From IMG/VR virus record IMGVR_UViG_3300025383_001085: DNA of 64,000 nt; one strand, written 5' to 3'. Below are positions 17,220 through 27,037 of this stretch, piece by piece. The notes below the pieces were generated by a model. That model was not told where the DNA came from. It did not search any database and saw only the letters and a program-made list of their open reading frames with translations. A program made the translations under genes and the position numbers. This DNA is from a virus. Every line of letters begins with the position of its first letter. Position 1 is the first letter of the stretch.

Positions 17220-18950
17220 TCAAATTACACCGTTTATTTTGACACCAGCGTTGCTTAAAAGCGATGTATTTCGGGCTTGATCCAAAACTGCTTTTAACGT
17301 TTCGCCGGCAACGTTTGGCTGACTCATTCCGCGCAACATAAGGTCTGTGCCTATGTTTCCTTGGTCTGCTGCATAGTAAGGCAAGGTGCTTACAAAATTT
17401 AACAATAGGCTATTATCCCTAACTGAGCTAATAGCCAAATTAGCACGATTATAGTTTCTATGTTCGGTTGCAATGTGACTGCAAACATCAGCATAGTTAC
17501 TGTTAATTTGGTTAACAATAGCCGGCAAATTTCCGCTGGTGTTGGCTGCAATTTCGGAAATTAAACTGTAGTAAGACTGTTCTGCATCCAACAGTTGTTG
17601 ACTCCAATATTCTCCGACACCTTGATTTTCGTTATCAGTGTTGCTCAAACTTACCTGTGCAGCCAATCTGCTGATTTCGCTTAGGCTATCTCTAATAACT
17701 GGACCGTAATAGGTATTGTACAAATTGTTGATACCGGCATTGACTGCGGTCATTGAATCTGTCAAATATCCCGAAGCAGTACCAATTACATCTAGCATTG
17801 TGACCGGAGCGTTGTTAACTCCCAATGGCAAATAACTACGTAGGCTTTCTAATACAGAAGGATTGAGTAAACTGGTATTGGTAGTCAATGCTTCAATGTT
17901 TCCGGTTATTTCAACTTCAAGAGTTCTTAATAGTGCTGCCACATCAGATCCAACTTGATAGGTAAAATTTGGTGCTTTTGAATAAATGTCTGCACCAACT
18001 TCTGCCATATCGTTAAACAGACTATCATTAGGTAATCCACTGGCAGCTGAAATTGAACAGTAATCCAATGGCGATGTCAAATTTGGTACTGAAGTTTCCA
18101 GTACACCTTGAATAGTGTCTAAATCATTTGGGTTAGTAATTTCGCTTAGTACGCTGGCAATAGTGGCAGTGTATATGGGATTTGCTATATCTGCAAAGTT
18201 TACACCTGCACTCACCAAGTTGTCGGTCAAATTTCCGATTGCACCTAAGCCGGTATTGATCATACATCGTGCTATTCCGTTGGGAGTTCCGAATGTACCA
18301 TTGGGAATATCGCCAACCAAAAAGCCCATATTTTGAAATGCTTGTACCAGTGCTTTGCTGTTTTCGTATTTGTAAAATCCTTGAGTGATTAGATCTTGAT
18401 AACTGTTAGCACCAAAATATTGTAAATTGTGCAATTCTGCAGTCTTTAATGCGGAGGTATAATCATTGGCGGTGGTTACCCAGGCCAATACTTGATTGTA
18501 AGCATTTAAGAAATAAAATATGTCAAAGTAATTGCTACCAGTGGCTCTGGTTAACTGAAGATCCACATAGTAGTGAAAACTACCAGGCATATCAGTATAA
18601 CTGTCAGGCATAACACTGGTAATAGCAGGGATAGCAGTATTGGCGCCAAATGTAGTTTGTGTCGGATCTTTCCAATACTGTCTAAAATAACCAGTTAAGA
18701 AAGGTTTATATGTTTGACTACGGCCGTTTACTTGCACAAGATATTCACCGGAATTTAATTGTTCGGCCACTAAACTGCCTTGTGCACTTAGACTGCCACT
18801 GTACAATCCACTGTTTTCTCCGAGATCACTCGGAGCAGACGATCTAGAAATATTTTCTACAAAGTTCCCCCAAGACTCAGATCCAAATGTTGCAGGCTCT
18901 GCGGCAGTAGTAAGACCTTGACCTACTAGTGGTCCATAGTTTGTTGTCAT
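17220..18950 (-). CDS. Hypothetical (probable virion/baseplate) protein
   Basis: About 576 aa from MTTNYG (ATGA overlap); in operon after PAAR. Confidence 0.6.
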   Translation of the reverse strand: MTTNYGPLVGQGLTTAAEPATFGSESWGNFVENISRSSAPSDLGENSGLYSGSLSAQGSLVAEQLNSGEYLVQVNGRSQTYKPFLTGYFRQYWKDPTQTTFGANTAIPAITSVMPDSYTDMPGSFHYYVDLQLTRATGSNYFDIFYFLNAYNQVLAWVTTANDYTSALKTAELHNLQYFGANSYQDLITQGFYKYENSKALVQAFQNMGFLVGDIPNGTFGTPNGIARCMINTGLGAIGNLTDNLVSAGVNFADIANPIYTATIASVLSEITNPNDLDTIQGVLETSVPNLTSPLDYCSISAASGLPNDSLFNDMAEVGADIYSKAPNFTYQVGSDVAALLRTLEVEITGNIEALTTNTSLLNPSVLESLRSYLPLGVNNAPVTMLDVIGTASGYLTDSMTAVNAGINNLYNTYYGPVIRDSLSEISRLAAQVSLSNTDNENQGVGEYWSQQLLDAEQSYYSLISEIAANTSGNLPAIVNQINSNYADVCSHIATEHRNYNRANLAISSVRDNSLLLNFVSTLPYYAADQGNIGTDLMLRGMSQPNVAGETLKAVLDQARNTSLLSNAGVKINGVI

Positions 18951-19372
18951 GATCCTGTAGTTCCTGTAGTGTCCCAATTGGTGCCATCGGCCGCAGTACC
19001 GCCAAAGATATTTGGCCCGTAATAGCTAAATGTGTGAGGAGCGATTTGACTTCTAGGACCCAGTAATATTTTTTCATATCTGGGAGTGTCGTCGGGCCCA
19101 CAGTCGGGGGCAAGTCTGTACAGATATACATTTTCACCTATGCTAACAAAGCCGACACCATTCAAATTTGGTGCAATGTCACCGCGGTCCGGTGTTAGTA
19201 TGCCAGCACTAATAAACTGATTCATTGCGGCCAAAAACTCTTGATTAACAAATAGTGCTGGACTAGTGCCCTGCATTAAAAAGTTAGCAAGAGCCAACTG
19301 CAACGGACTCATACTACTGATGACTTTGGGAGTTAGGCCTGCATAGGCCTGAGGTATGCTGGTTGTGGTCAT
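18947..19372 (-). CDS. Hypothetical protein
   Basis: 141 aa directly downstream of PAAR. Confidence 0.6.
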   Translation of the reverse strand: MTTTSIPQAYAGLTPKVISSMSPLQLALANFLMQGTSPALFVNQEFLAAMNQFISAGILTPDRGDIAPNLNGVGFVSIGENVYLYRLAPDCGPDDTPRYEKILLGPRSQIAPHTFSYYGPNIFGGTAADGTNWDTTGTTGS

Positions 19373-19678
19373 TTATTTTAACCTAACTGCAGATAGTATG
19401 CCACCGCCTACTAATACGTCAGTACTTGCACTCATAACCATATGCCCGCAAGCAGCAAAACTGGTCTTAATAATCGGAGGCTTCCCATTAACTTTTATAT
19501 CTCTGGGCAAACTCAGTGTGGGTCCAGTTAGGTGTAATCCTGTAAATGGTGCGTGGGGAGTATACAAGCATCCGTCTAATGCCACCGGTCTACCGTTGAC
19601 TCTGACATCTGTACTTACAGGGGCCGTCAATAGTCCGCCTGCACCTACAACGTCTCCTAGTCTTGCAATTCCTGGCAT
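19373..19678 (-). CDS. PAAR-motif spike-tip protein (T4 gp5.4-like)
   Basis: ARLGD, V.VNGRPVA, PH...H, VNGKP, CGH..S.DV.VG. Confidence 0.85.
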   Translation of the reverse strand: MPGIARLGDVVGAGGLLTAPVSTDVRVNGRPVALDGCLYTPHAPFTGLHLTGPTLSLPRDIKVNGKPPIIKTSFAACGHMVMSASTDVLVGGGILSAVRLK

Positions 19679-19688
19679 AATTTAGTCC

Positions 19689-20003
19689 TTATTTAACAAT
19701 AGGACCTTTACTCATAGTTTGTATACCAGTTGTGGTCTGCAAGTAATGATCCTCTAATGCTTTGATCGTAGTACTGTGCATCATAACGTGCTCAGCTTTT
19801 AGCTCTACATTTTTATTTATATCAGCAGAAAATAGGCTCTGGATCAAGCCTAATCCTTGATTACTGGGCATTACTGTACAGGGCTTATGAATGGTCCACC
19901 CGAATCCAGTTTGATCTACAATTTTTGCTACGATCTCGTCACCATTGACCAGTTTGAACGCAACAATCTCCCCTACTGCATAGTTTGTCTTATTGATTAA
20001 CAT
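19689..20003 (-). CDS. Conserved T4-like hypothetical protein (Sm-like)
   Basis: KLVNGDEIVAK...Y...TTGI pattern. Confidence 0.6.
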   Translation of the reverse strand: MLINKTNYAVGEIVAFKLVNGDEIVAKIVDQTGFGWTIHKPCTVMPSNQGLGLIQSLFSADINKNVELKAEHVMMHSTTIKALEDHYLQTTTGIQTMSKGPIVK

Positions 20004-20244
20004 TTAGTTTTGCCTTGATTTCTTCTTCAGTTAGTTTTGATAGGCCTTGGAATCCACCTTCTACAAATAGGTTGGTGCCTTGATAAATTTGTGGTACAGT
20101 TCTGTGTCCCTGTGTTAAAATAAATTCCCGTGCTTCAGGAACTTCATCTATTTTGATTTCTTCAAATGCAATATTTTTCTTTGTGAGTAAATTTTTTGCT
20201 TGAGTGCAAAAACTGCAATTGTTTTTTGAATATACTGTCAACAT
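19990..20244 (-). CDS. grx: Glutaredoxin
   Basis: CSFC active site, RTVPQI, GGF. Confidence 0.9.
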   Translation of the reverse strand: MLTVYSKNNCSFCTQAKNLLTKKNIAFEEIKIDEVPEAREFILTQGHRTVPQIYQGTNLFVEGGFQGLSKLTEEEIKAKLNVNQ

Positions 20245-21371
20245 TATAAACTAAATCCTTTGAATGTATCTGTATTTACATCTTGTTTAGTACCGCCAAT
20301 AATATATGAACTGATTTCTGTTTCTTGTGGTGCCACTTGAACATCTGCTCCGGCAATCCATTTGGCAGTCCAAGGCAAAGGATTAGATCCAGTTTTAATA
20401 CCGCAACTGAGTCCTACCGCAGTCATACGCTTACAGGTCAACCAGTCTACATAGTCACACAACAACTGTGTGTTAAGACCAATCATTGATCCATCTTTGA
20501 ACAAATAATTTGCCCAGGTCTTTTCTTGTTCTGCGGCCTGCAAAAACATTGCTTCGCATTCTGCTTTGGTTTCTTCTTTAAGACGTGCAAAGTCAGGATC
20601 ATCACCTGGCAATAGTTTAATCAACATCTGTGTACTGCCAAGGTGTACATTTTCGTCTCTGCAGATCAATTTGATAATCTTGGCATTGCCTTCCATCTTT
20701 TTAAGTTCAGCGAATGCCCAGCTACACGCAAAGCTCACATAAAAACGAATACCTTCTAGTGCGTTAACACTATTGATGGCCAACCATAACTTGCGTTTGA
20801 GTTCGTAGTTACTGATAACCATTTCTTTGCCATTGATAGTGTGTGTACCTGCACCTAACAAATTGTAGTAGCCACCGTAGGTAATAACATCGTCATAGTA
20901 ACGACTGATGTCTCGTGCACAGTTGGCGATTTCTTCAATTTCCAATAGGCCATCAAACACTTCACTGGGATTGTTATAGACATTGCGAATAATGTGTGTA
21001 TAACTACGACTGTGAATTGTTTCGTTAAAGCTCCAAGTTTGAATCCAAGTTTCTAATTCTGGAATACTTACAAAAGGCAAGAACGCTAGGTTTGGACTGC
21101 GTCCTTGCACACTATCTAATAGAATTTGTCTTTTCAAATTACTAGTAAAAATATGTTGCTCAAATGGAGTTAGTTCTTTGAAGTCTTTGGCATCTCTCAA
21201 TACATCAACTTCTTCAGGTCTCCAAAAGAATCCCAACTGTTTATCTGTTAGTTTTTCAAATTGTCTATACTTTAATGTTTCATATCGTTGTAATGTCACT
21301 GACCCTGACGGATCTAAAAATGCCAATGCTTCTGTATGCTTCTTTTTATTATTAATATTAAATACGCTCAT
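20244..21371 (-). CDS. nrdB: Ribonucleotide reductase class Ia beta subunit
   Basis: FFWRPEE, LDSVQ, ETIHSRSYTH, LEGIRFYVSF, RDENVH, QVAPQE. Confidence 0.95.
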   Translation of the reverse strand: MSVFNINNKKKHTEALAFLDPSGSVTLQRYETLKYRQFEKLTDKQLGFFWRPEEVDVLRDAKDFKELTPFEQHIFTSNLKRQILLDSVQGRSPNLAFLPFVSIPELETWIQTWSFNETIHSRSYTHIIRNVYNNPSEVFDGLLEIEEIANCARDISRYYDDVITYGGYYNLLGAGTHTINGKEMVISNYELKRKLWLAINSVNALEGIRFYVSFACSWAFAELKKMEGNAKIIKLICRDENVHLGSTQMLIKLLPGDDPDFARLKEETKAECEAMFLQAAEQEKTWANYLFKDGSMIGLNTQLLCDYVDWLTCKRMTAVGLSCGIKTGSNPLPWTAKWIAGADVQVAPQETEISSYIIGGTKQDVNTDTFKGFSL

Positions 21372-21383
21372 TTTTTTACCTTG

Positions 21384-23687
21384 TTAAATTACACAACTAT
21401 CACAATCTTCTTGATCGACTATTTCAGCAGGAATATCTTGTTTGGCTGACATTTTGTCTACATCTATCTCGCCCTGCTGATCATTTGTTTGGAAGTAATA
21501 AAGTTGCTTAGTACCATACTTATAGCACATGATCAGGTGCTTGAGCATTTCACTCATAGGGATTTTTTCATCTTCATAAAATCTTGGATTATATGAAGTG
21601 TTGACACTAATGCCTTGATCAATATACTTTTGTAATATTGCACAAATTTTCAAATAGCCTTCTGGCGATTTTTGATCCCATAACAATTCATATTTGTTTT
21701 TAAGTTTACGATACTCAGGGACTACTTGTCTTAGAGCACCGTGTTTGCTTTGTTTAACACTTACATAACTACGTGGAGGTTCGATACCATTTGTAGCGTT
21801 GCTGATCTGTGCACTGGTTTCTGCTGGCATCAGTGCCATTAGTGTAGCATTACGCTGACCAGTTGTTTTGATTTGTTCACGCAACTCTGCCCAAGGCATA
21901 CGCTCCTGATGTGGCACTAGCTCGTCTACTTCACGCTTGCGAGTATCAATAGGCAGTCTACCATCTGCAGACTTCAAATCCTTCCAACGACCGCACGCAC
22001 CTTGTTCGGCGGCAAGATCGGCACTTGCTTTGATAAGATAATAACTCCACGCTTCGGCGTACTCATCTACCAATGCTAGTGCAGCTGGATCACTGTAGCT
22101 AACACCATTCTTAGCCAAGAAGTAAGCAAAGTTAATAATTCCCACTCCCAAGGGACGGAATTCTTGTGTGCTCAACTCTGCCGCACGAATTGGATAGTTT
22201 TGATAACTTAACAATGCATCTAATCCGCGAACCGCCAAACGGCAAATTCTTTCAAAGTCTGCGGGCGCTTTGACATTGCCCCAGTTAATAGCACTGAGTG
22301 TACATAATGCAATACGTCCGTTTTCATCATTAATATCAGTTAATGGTACAGTAGGTAAATCAATTTCACTGCAAAGGTTACTCATCTTGATAGGAGCAAC
22401 TTCTTCTTTGAAAGGACTGTGTGTATTTGCGTGATCCACATTCTGCAAATAGATACGACCAGTGTCTTTGCGTTCTTGCATAAATCTACTGAACAAGTCA
22501 ATGGCCTTGACTGTTTTCTTGCGCAATTTGGTGTTACGCTCTGCACGTTCATACAGTTCTTTGAACTTGTCTTGGTCATTAAAAAACGCTTCATATACTT
22601 CGGGAATATCGTGTGGGCTAAACAAAGTGATGTCGCCGCCTGTGATCAATCTTTCGTACATTAGTTTATTAAACTGTACTCCGTAATCCATATGACGCAC
22701 ACGATTGTCTTCAGTTCCTTTGTTGTTTTTAAGAACCAACAAATCTTCAACTTCCAAATGCCACAAAGGATAATACAATGTAGCCGCACCATTGCGTACT
22801 CCGCCCTGACTACAACTGCGTGTTGCTGCTTGGAATAATTTGAAGAAAGGTGTTACACCCGTATGGTATGCATCGCCGGACCTGATAGGCGATCCCAACG
22901 CCCGAATTCGTCCTGCACCGATTCCAATACCAGCTTTCTGGGAGACATACTTAACAATACTACTAGCAGTAGCATTAATACTATCAAGGCTGTCATCAGC
23001 TTCAATAAGAACACAACTACTAAACTGCTTTTGCGGAGTACGTACACCAGCCATGACCGGAGTTGGTAAACTAATATCGTGCGTGCTAATTGCATCGTAG
23101 TATTCCTTAACATATTGTAATCTTACTTCCTTGGGATAGCTTTGGAATAATGTGGCTGCAATTAGTACATAAGCTACTTGGGGTGTTTCTTTAATTTCTC
23201 CTGTAACACGATTTTGTACAAGATACTTACCTCGCCATTGTTCCATTGCAACGTAGGTAAAGTTTTCGTCTCGCTCGTGACGTATGAAACTATTGATCTG
23301 TGTCCACTCATCCGTATTGTAGGCGGCGAGAAGGCCCGTATCGTAAAATCCAGACTCCACATTCTTTTTAACTATATCTAATAGAGCCGCCGGGGTATAA
23401 TCGTTATAGACTTCTTTGCGTAGATGATAGTTAATTAGTCTACCAGCAACATACTGATAGTTAGGAGTATCTTCGCTGATCAAGTCAGCAGCTGATTTGA
23501 TTAGTGTTTCTTGAATATCTGCAGTTTTAATACCGTTGTAAAACTGTATGTGGCTTTTGATTTCTAATTCGCTTGCGCTGACTCCGGTAATATCCTTGGT
23601 TGCCCAAAATACCACTTTATGTAATTTCTCTAGATTTAACGGTTCTTTGTTGCCGTCTCGTTTTGTAACTTGAATGGGTGCTGTCAT
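21384..23687 (-). CDS. nrdA: Ribonucleotide reductase class Ia alpha subunit with ATP cone
   Basis: VTKRDG ATP cone, FSSCVL, SNLCSEI, PAETS, QLYY, C-terminal CDSC. Confidence 0.95.
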   Translation of the reverse strand: MTAPIQVTKRDGNKEPLNLEKLHKVVFWATKDITGVSASELEIKSHIQFYNGIKTADIQETLIKSAADLISEDTPNYQYVAGRLINYHLRKEVYNDYTPAALLDIVKKNVESGFYDTGLLAAYNTDEWTQINSFIRHERDENFTYVAMEQWRGKYLVQNRVTGEIKETPQVAYVLIAATLFQSYPKEVRLQYVKEYYDAISTHDISLPTPVMAGVRTPQKQFSSCVLIEADDSLDSINATASSIVKYVSQKAGIGIGAGRIRALGSPIRSGDAYHTGVTPFFKLFQAATRSCSQGGVRNGAATLYYPLWHLEVEDLLVLKNNKGTEDNRVRHMDYGVQFNKLMYERLITGGDITLFSPHDIPEVYEAFFNDQDKFKELYERAERNTKLRKKTVKAIDLFSRFMQERKDTGRIYLQNVDHANTHSPFKEEVAPIKMSNLCSEIDLPTVPLTDINDENGRIALCTLSAINWGNVKAPADFERICRLAVRGLDALLSYQNYPIRAAELSTQEFRPLGVGIINFAYFLAKNGVSYSDPAALALVDEYAEAWSYYLIKASADLAAEQGACGRWKDLKSADGRLPIDTRKREVDELVPHQERMPWAELREQIKTTGQRNATLMALMPAETSAQISNATNGIEPPRSYVSVKQSKHGALRQVVPEYRKLKNKYELLWDQKSPEGYLKICAILQKYIDQGISVNTSYNPRFYEDEKIPMSEMLKHLIMCYKYGTKQLYYFQTNDQQGEIDVDKMSAKQDIPAEIVDQEDCDSCVI

Positions 23688-23696
23688 TGATTTCTC

Positions 23697-24143
23697 TTAT
23701 TGTATTTTTTCTAAATTTAGATCTTCGGCTGTTACCAAAGATACCAACTGTAACTCTTTTGCAATTTGTGTAGTATTTACAACCTCGTCGTGTATATAAT
23801 TAAGCACATATTTTCCTTGCTCAACAAATACTAAATTATAGTGTTCTTTGGTTTCTGGATCATTATATACTCTTATTTCTAAGTCAGGCTGATGGCTGCT
23901 CAAGTACAAAGTATACACTATTCCAAGTGCTTTTGCAAGATCACAGTAATAATTTTCGTAAATTAATTCCCAAGGTCCGGGCCATTCACCAATATTATCG
24001 GTGTATAAGTAGTGTGCTACATAGGGTGCGTAGCTCCAAAGGTGCTGAGTATCTTGTACTGCTTCATTAAATGATTTTTGGCTAATAGATTTTCGAAAAT
24101 CCTGCCAACAACGAAGCCTCTCGTCTGGTAGTAGATTCCACAT
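23697..24143 (-). CDS. Hypothetical protein
   Basis: 148 aa; WPGPWELI..N.YC motif. Confidence 0.65.
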   Translation of the reverse strand: MWNLLPDERLRCWQDFRKSISQKSFNEAVQDTQHLWSYAPYVAHYLYTDNIGEWPGPWELIYENYYCDLAKALGIVYTLYLSSHQPDLEIRVYNDPETKEHYNLVFVEQGKYVLNYIHDEVVNTTQIAKELQLVSLVTAEDLNLEKIQ

Positions 24144-24164
24144 ATTTGTTTGATTTGGTAGAGA

Positions 24165-24680
24165 TTAAAAGGATAAAGTATTGAAACTGGTTTTCAGTGT
24201 AACATTGCTACCAGTGTTGGACACATTGGCATAAATCCTTACACCGTGACCGACCATAGTATAACCAACGCTAATTCCGCAGTTGCCGTTAACTGTTTGG
24301 TTTTGATCGTCAGCCGAAACAACACCGTTACCATTATTTAGAATAGTGTATGTTCCTGCAGTTAATGCAGAGCCATTGGTTGCTGCCCAGTTCATAATGA
24401 TAGATGCAACATTACTGCTGAATGTGCCGCCTAATACGGAAACATTAGTGCTGTTATAAGTGATAGTTTGAGCTTGAGTTTCTCCGCCCATATACAAAAT
24501 GTCGTGCTCAGTTAAAATTCGTGTGTTACCAACCTGCGGTGCACCTTCTGCTAATGTACCATTACCGATGTGTAGTTCTTGAGTGTCAACACTCCATCCC
24601 AATTCGGCGCTGGCTAACTGTGGTAGATCTTCCGATAATCCTCTGCGTGCTTTAACTTGACTTATTTGTACAATTGACAT
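24165..24680 (-). CDS. Virion protein with Mtd_N/hyaluronidase-like N-terminal anchor
   Basis: RRG...LPQLASAELGWSVDTQELHIGNG; TAAATA upstream. Confidence 0.6.
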   Translation of the reverse strand: MSIVQISQVKARRGLSEDLPQLASAELGWSVDTQELHIGNGTLAEGAPQVGNTRILTEHDILYMGGETQAQTITYNSTNVSVLGGTFSSNVASIIMNWAATNGSALTAGTYTILNNGNGVVSADDQNQTVNGNCGISVGYTMVGHGVRIYANVSNTGSNVTLKTSFNTLSF

Positions 24681-24706
24681 AGTTATATCATTCCCTATAA
24701 CTATAT

Positions 24707-25417
24707 TTAGTTTTTAAGATAGTACATCTCGACTCGCTTGAGCCACTCTTGGGACCAGAACTCAAATTCTTCGCCTTCGATTATGAATTCTTGATACACT
24801 GGTGTATCAAACACACCTGGAGCAAGTTGCGCAGGTTGTACACACATTAGGATAACGCCCATATTGATTTCAGTATTGTGCATATGATTATGTGCCATAG
24901 CATATGCAGCTAGCTGAATAAAATAATCGTCAATCCACTCGCGTTTTTTGGGCTTATTTGTTTGTTTGAAGTCTAAAATTGAGGGTTTTCCTTGCCATAA
25001 ACCCACACAATCTGTAGTACCAGCATATAGCCCACTGTAGTATAAAGGAACCTCTACACCCCAGAATTCTGTAACATTTACTAGCCCTTGTCGTATAACA
25101 CTATCAGCCATACTATGACTCTGTCGGCTATAAGGATTGGTACCTGGCTGATCAAATAAATCGTCTTTGATATAATTTTCCAGCCACTTGTGCATACGTG
25201 TTCCGCGGCCAGCAGCTTCAGTGGTAATTTCTTGCGCTTTGGCTTCACCTACACGTTTTTTCCAGTTCCATAAAGCCTGTTTCTTTTCTTCAGATTTAGT
25301 AGCATCGAGTATGGTTGTAACAGAAGGTACTTTGCTGCCGTCAGGGGTACAGTAGTGACGTTTACCTTCAATGGTAGTTCTGCTCATTGGTGAGTAATTG
25401 AATTTAGATAGTAACAT
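24707..25417 (-). CDS. PD-(D/E)XK exonuclease (T4-like phage type)
   Basis: PSVTTIL, RGTRMH, AGTTDC, ILDFKQ, QLAAYA. Confidence 0.85.
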   Translation of the reverse strand: MLLSKFNYSPMSRTTIEGKRHYCTPDGSKVPSVTTILDATKSEEKKQALWNWKKRVGEAKAQEITTEAAGRGTRMHKWLENYIKDDLFDQPGTNPYSRQSHSMADSVIRQGLVNVTEFWGVEVPLYYSGLYAGTTDCVGLWQGKPSILDFKQTNKPKKREWIDDYFIQLAAYAMAHNHMHNTEINMGVILMCVQPAQLAPGVFDTPVYQEFIIEGEEFEFWSQEWLKRVEMYYLKN

Positions 25418-25436
25418 TTTATTTTGTTAGTTAGTT

Positions 25437-25766
25437 TTATACACTAAAGCTGCTGCCGCAACCACAAGTGCTGGTAGCATTAGGATTGGTTATAACAAAA
25501 CTACTGCCCATTAAATCTTCTTTGTAATTTATAGTAGCGCCTTCTAGATATTGCATACTGATCGCATCTATTAGCAATGTAATAGATTCTTTTTGAATAA
25601 CAAAATCATCGTCATTGGCTACTTCATCAAAAGTAAATCCGTACTGGAATCCGCTGCATCCGCCACCTTGAACAAAAGTTCTAAGTTTAAGATTTGGATT
25701 ACCTTCTTCTGCAATTAAATCGGCAATTTTTGCAATTGCACTATCAGTTATCGTAAGTTGATCCAT
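25437..25766 (-). CDS. erpA: A-type Fe-S carrier ErpA
   Basis: [41 protein letters not shown]. Confidence 0.9.
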   Translation of the reverse strand: MDQLTITDSAIAKIADLIAEEGNPNLKLRTFVQGGGCSGFQYGFTFDEVANDDDFVIQKESITLLIDAISMQYLEGATINYKEDLMGSSFVITNPNATSTCGCGSSFSV

Positions 25767-26139
25767 GTTTTTTCCTATAATCTGCTATTGCGGCTTTTAT
25801 AGCATCTTCTGCCAGAATTGAACAATGAATTTTAACAGGAGGCAAAGCAAGTTCTGAAGCGATTTCGCTATTTTTAATATTGCCGGCTTGATCTAATGTT
25901 TTCCCTTTGACCCATTCCGAGACCAAACTAGAACTGGCAATCGCACTACCGCATCCGTAGGCCTTGAATCGAGCATCGCTAATAATACCGTTTTTGTCTA
26001 CTTTAATTTGTAGTTTAAGAACATCGCCGCAGGCCGGTGCTCCCACCATACCTGTGCCTACATCTTCATCGTCCTTGGCAAAGCTACCCACATTGCGTGG
26101 GTTCTCGTAATGATCAATGACTTTCTCAGAGTAGGCCAT
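25744..26139 (-). CDS. iscU: Fe-S scaffold IscU
   Basis: [42 protein letters not shown]. Confidence 0.95.
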   Translation of the reverse strand: MAYSEKVIDHYENPRNVGSFAKDDEDVGTGMVGAPACGDVLKLQIKVDKNGIISDARFKAYGCGSAIASSSLVSEWVKGKTLDQAGNIKNSEIASELALPPVKIHCSILAEDAIKAAIADYRKKHGSTYDN

Positions 26140-26303
26140 TAATTGTATCCTTGACCTTCGACGCAGGCTTCGCATTCACATTCGGTACAGTAATCGCAGT
26201 TTTGGCAACTGTGCCCGCAATGCTGTTTACAACTACATTTACAATTGTAAGTGTATCGTTTGTAATTTTGAAATTCATATGTGTCGTTTGTATCGTCGTT
26301 CAT
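26139..26303 (-). CDS. 54-aa Cys-rich metallothionein-like protein
   Basis: CKCSCKQHCGHSCQNCDYCTECECEAC (10 Cys, 2 His); starts 1 nt after iscA stop; TAATG-coupled to iscU. Confidence 0.65.
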   Translation of the reverse strand: MNDDTNDTYEFQNYKRYTYNCKCSCKQHCGHSCQNCDYCTECECEACVEGQGYN

Positions 26304-26304
26304 A

Positions 26305-26628
26305 TTATATCCTAAAACTTTCTCCGCATCCGCAACGGTCTCGCTCATTGGGATTTGAGAATTCGAATCCTTCATTAAGTCCGTTTTTAACATAGTCCAC
26401 TGTGGATCCTTTGATGTAAACACTATCCTTGGGGTCTACTAAGATAAAAAATTCAGGATATGTGATACGTATTTCTGGACCAGAGTTGTTGTTCTCAGTA
26501 ACGTATTCTAACACATAAGCAAGTCCAGAGCAACCGGTGGTTCGGACTCCGATTCGTATACCTACAAAGTTTTTTTTATTTAATAAATTTCGAAGTTTGG
26601 TGACTGCTGACTCTGTAAGAGTTATCAC
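26305..26628 (-). CDS. iscA: A-type Fe-S carrier IscA
   Basis: GVRTTGCSGLAY, GLNEGF.F.NPN...CGCGESF. Confidence 0.9.
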   Translation of the reverse strand: MITLTESAVTKLRNLLNKKNFVGIRIGVRTTGCSGLAYVLEYVTENNNSGPEIRITYPEFFILVDPKDSVYIKGSTVDYVKNGLNEGFEFSNPNERDRCGCGESFRI

Positions 26629-26632
26629 GATG

Positions 26633-27037
26633 TTACTGTCTTCTTTGCATTGCTGATTTAGCCATTCCGGAAACTACTGCTTCAGGATTGTCTACTGCAC
26701 TGGTGTACTCTTCGGGATTGGTAACCGACGGAATACTACTGGTATTGAACTGTACCATATCAGTGGTTATTTTTTTAATTAAATTTTTAACAGCTGGTTC
26801 GTCTTGATTGGCAGAAATCAAATCATCGTAAGTAAAGCCAGATAAACCGCTGTTATTGATATAACGCAAAACCAAAGCAGTCGGTACTTCGGGTTTGAGA
26901 TTGTGTGTTTTAATTTGGCTCTGTAATAAACTCAATGCTGTTAATATATTTGGATCTGAATCTGCATCCGTGTCAAAGTCCTGATTTGTGGGATCAGCAA
27001 GACTGTTGTCTTCAAATGCAAATTCACTTAAACGCAT
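26633..27037 (-). CDS. Hypothetical (putative head-internal) protein
   Basis: N-terminus MRLSEFAFE. Confidence 0.6.
   Translation of the reverse strand: MRLSEFAFEDNSLADPTNQDFDTDADSDPNILTALSLLQSQIKTHNLKPEVPTALVLRYINNSGLSGFTYDDLISANQDEPAVKNLIKKITTDMVQFNTSSIPSVTNPEEYTSAVDNPEAVVSGMAKSAMQRRQ

Noticed and set aside
20244-23687. Introns or inteins in nrdA/nrdB
   Set aside because: Both ORFs are continuous and of normal length.
24707-25417. Cas4/Fe-S nuclease as client of the adjacent isc cassette
   Set aside because: Lacks the four-Cys cluster motif; ordinary phage PD-(D/E)XK exonuclease.
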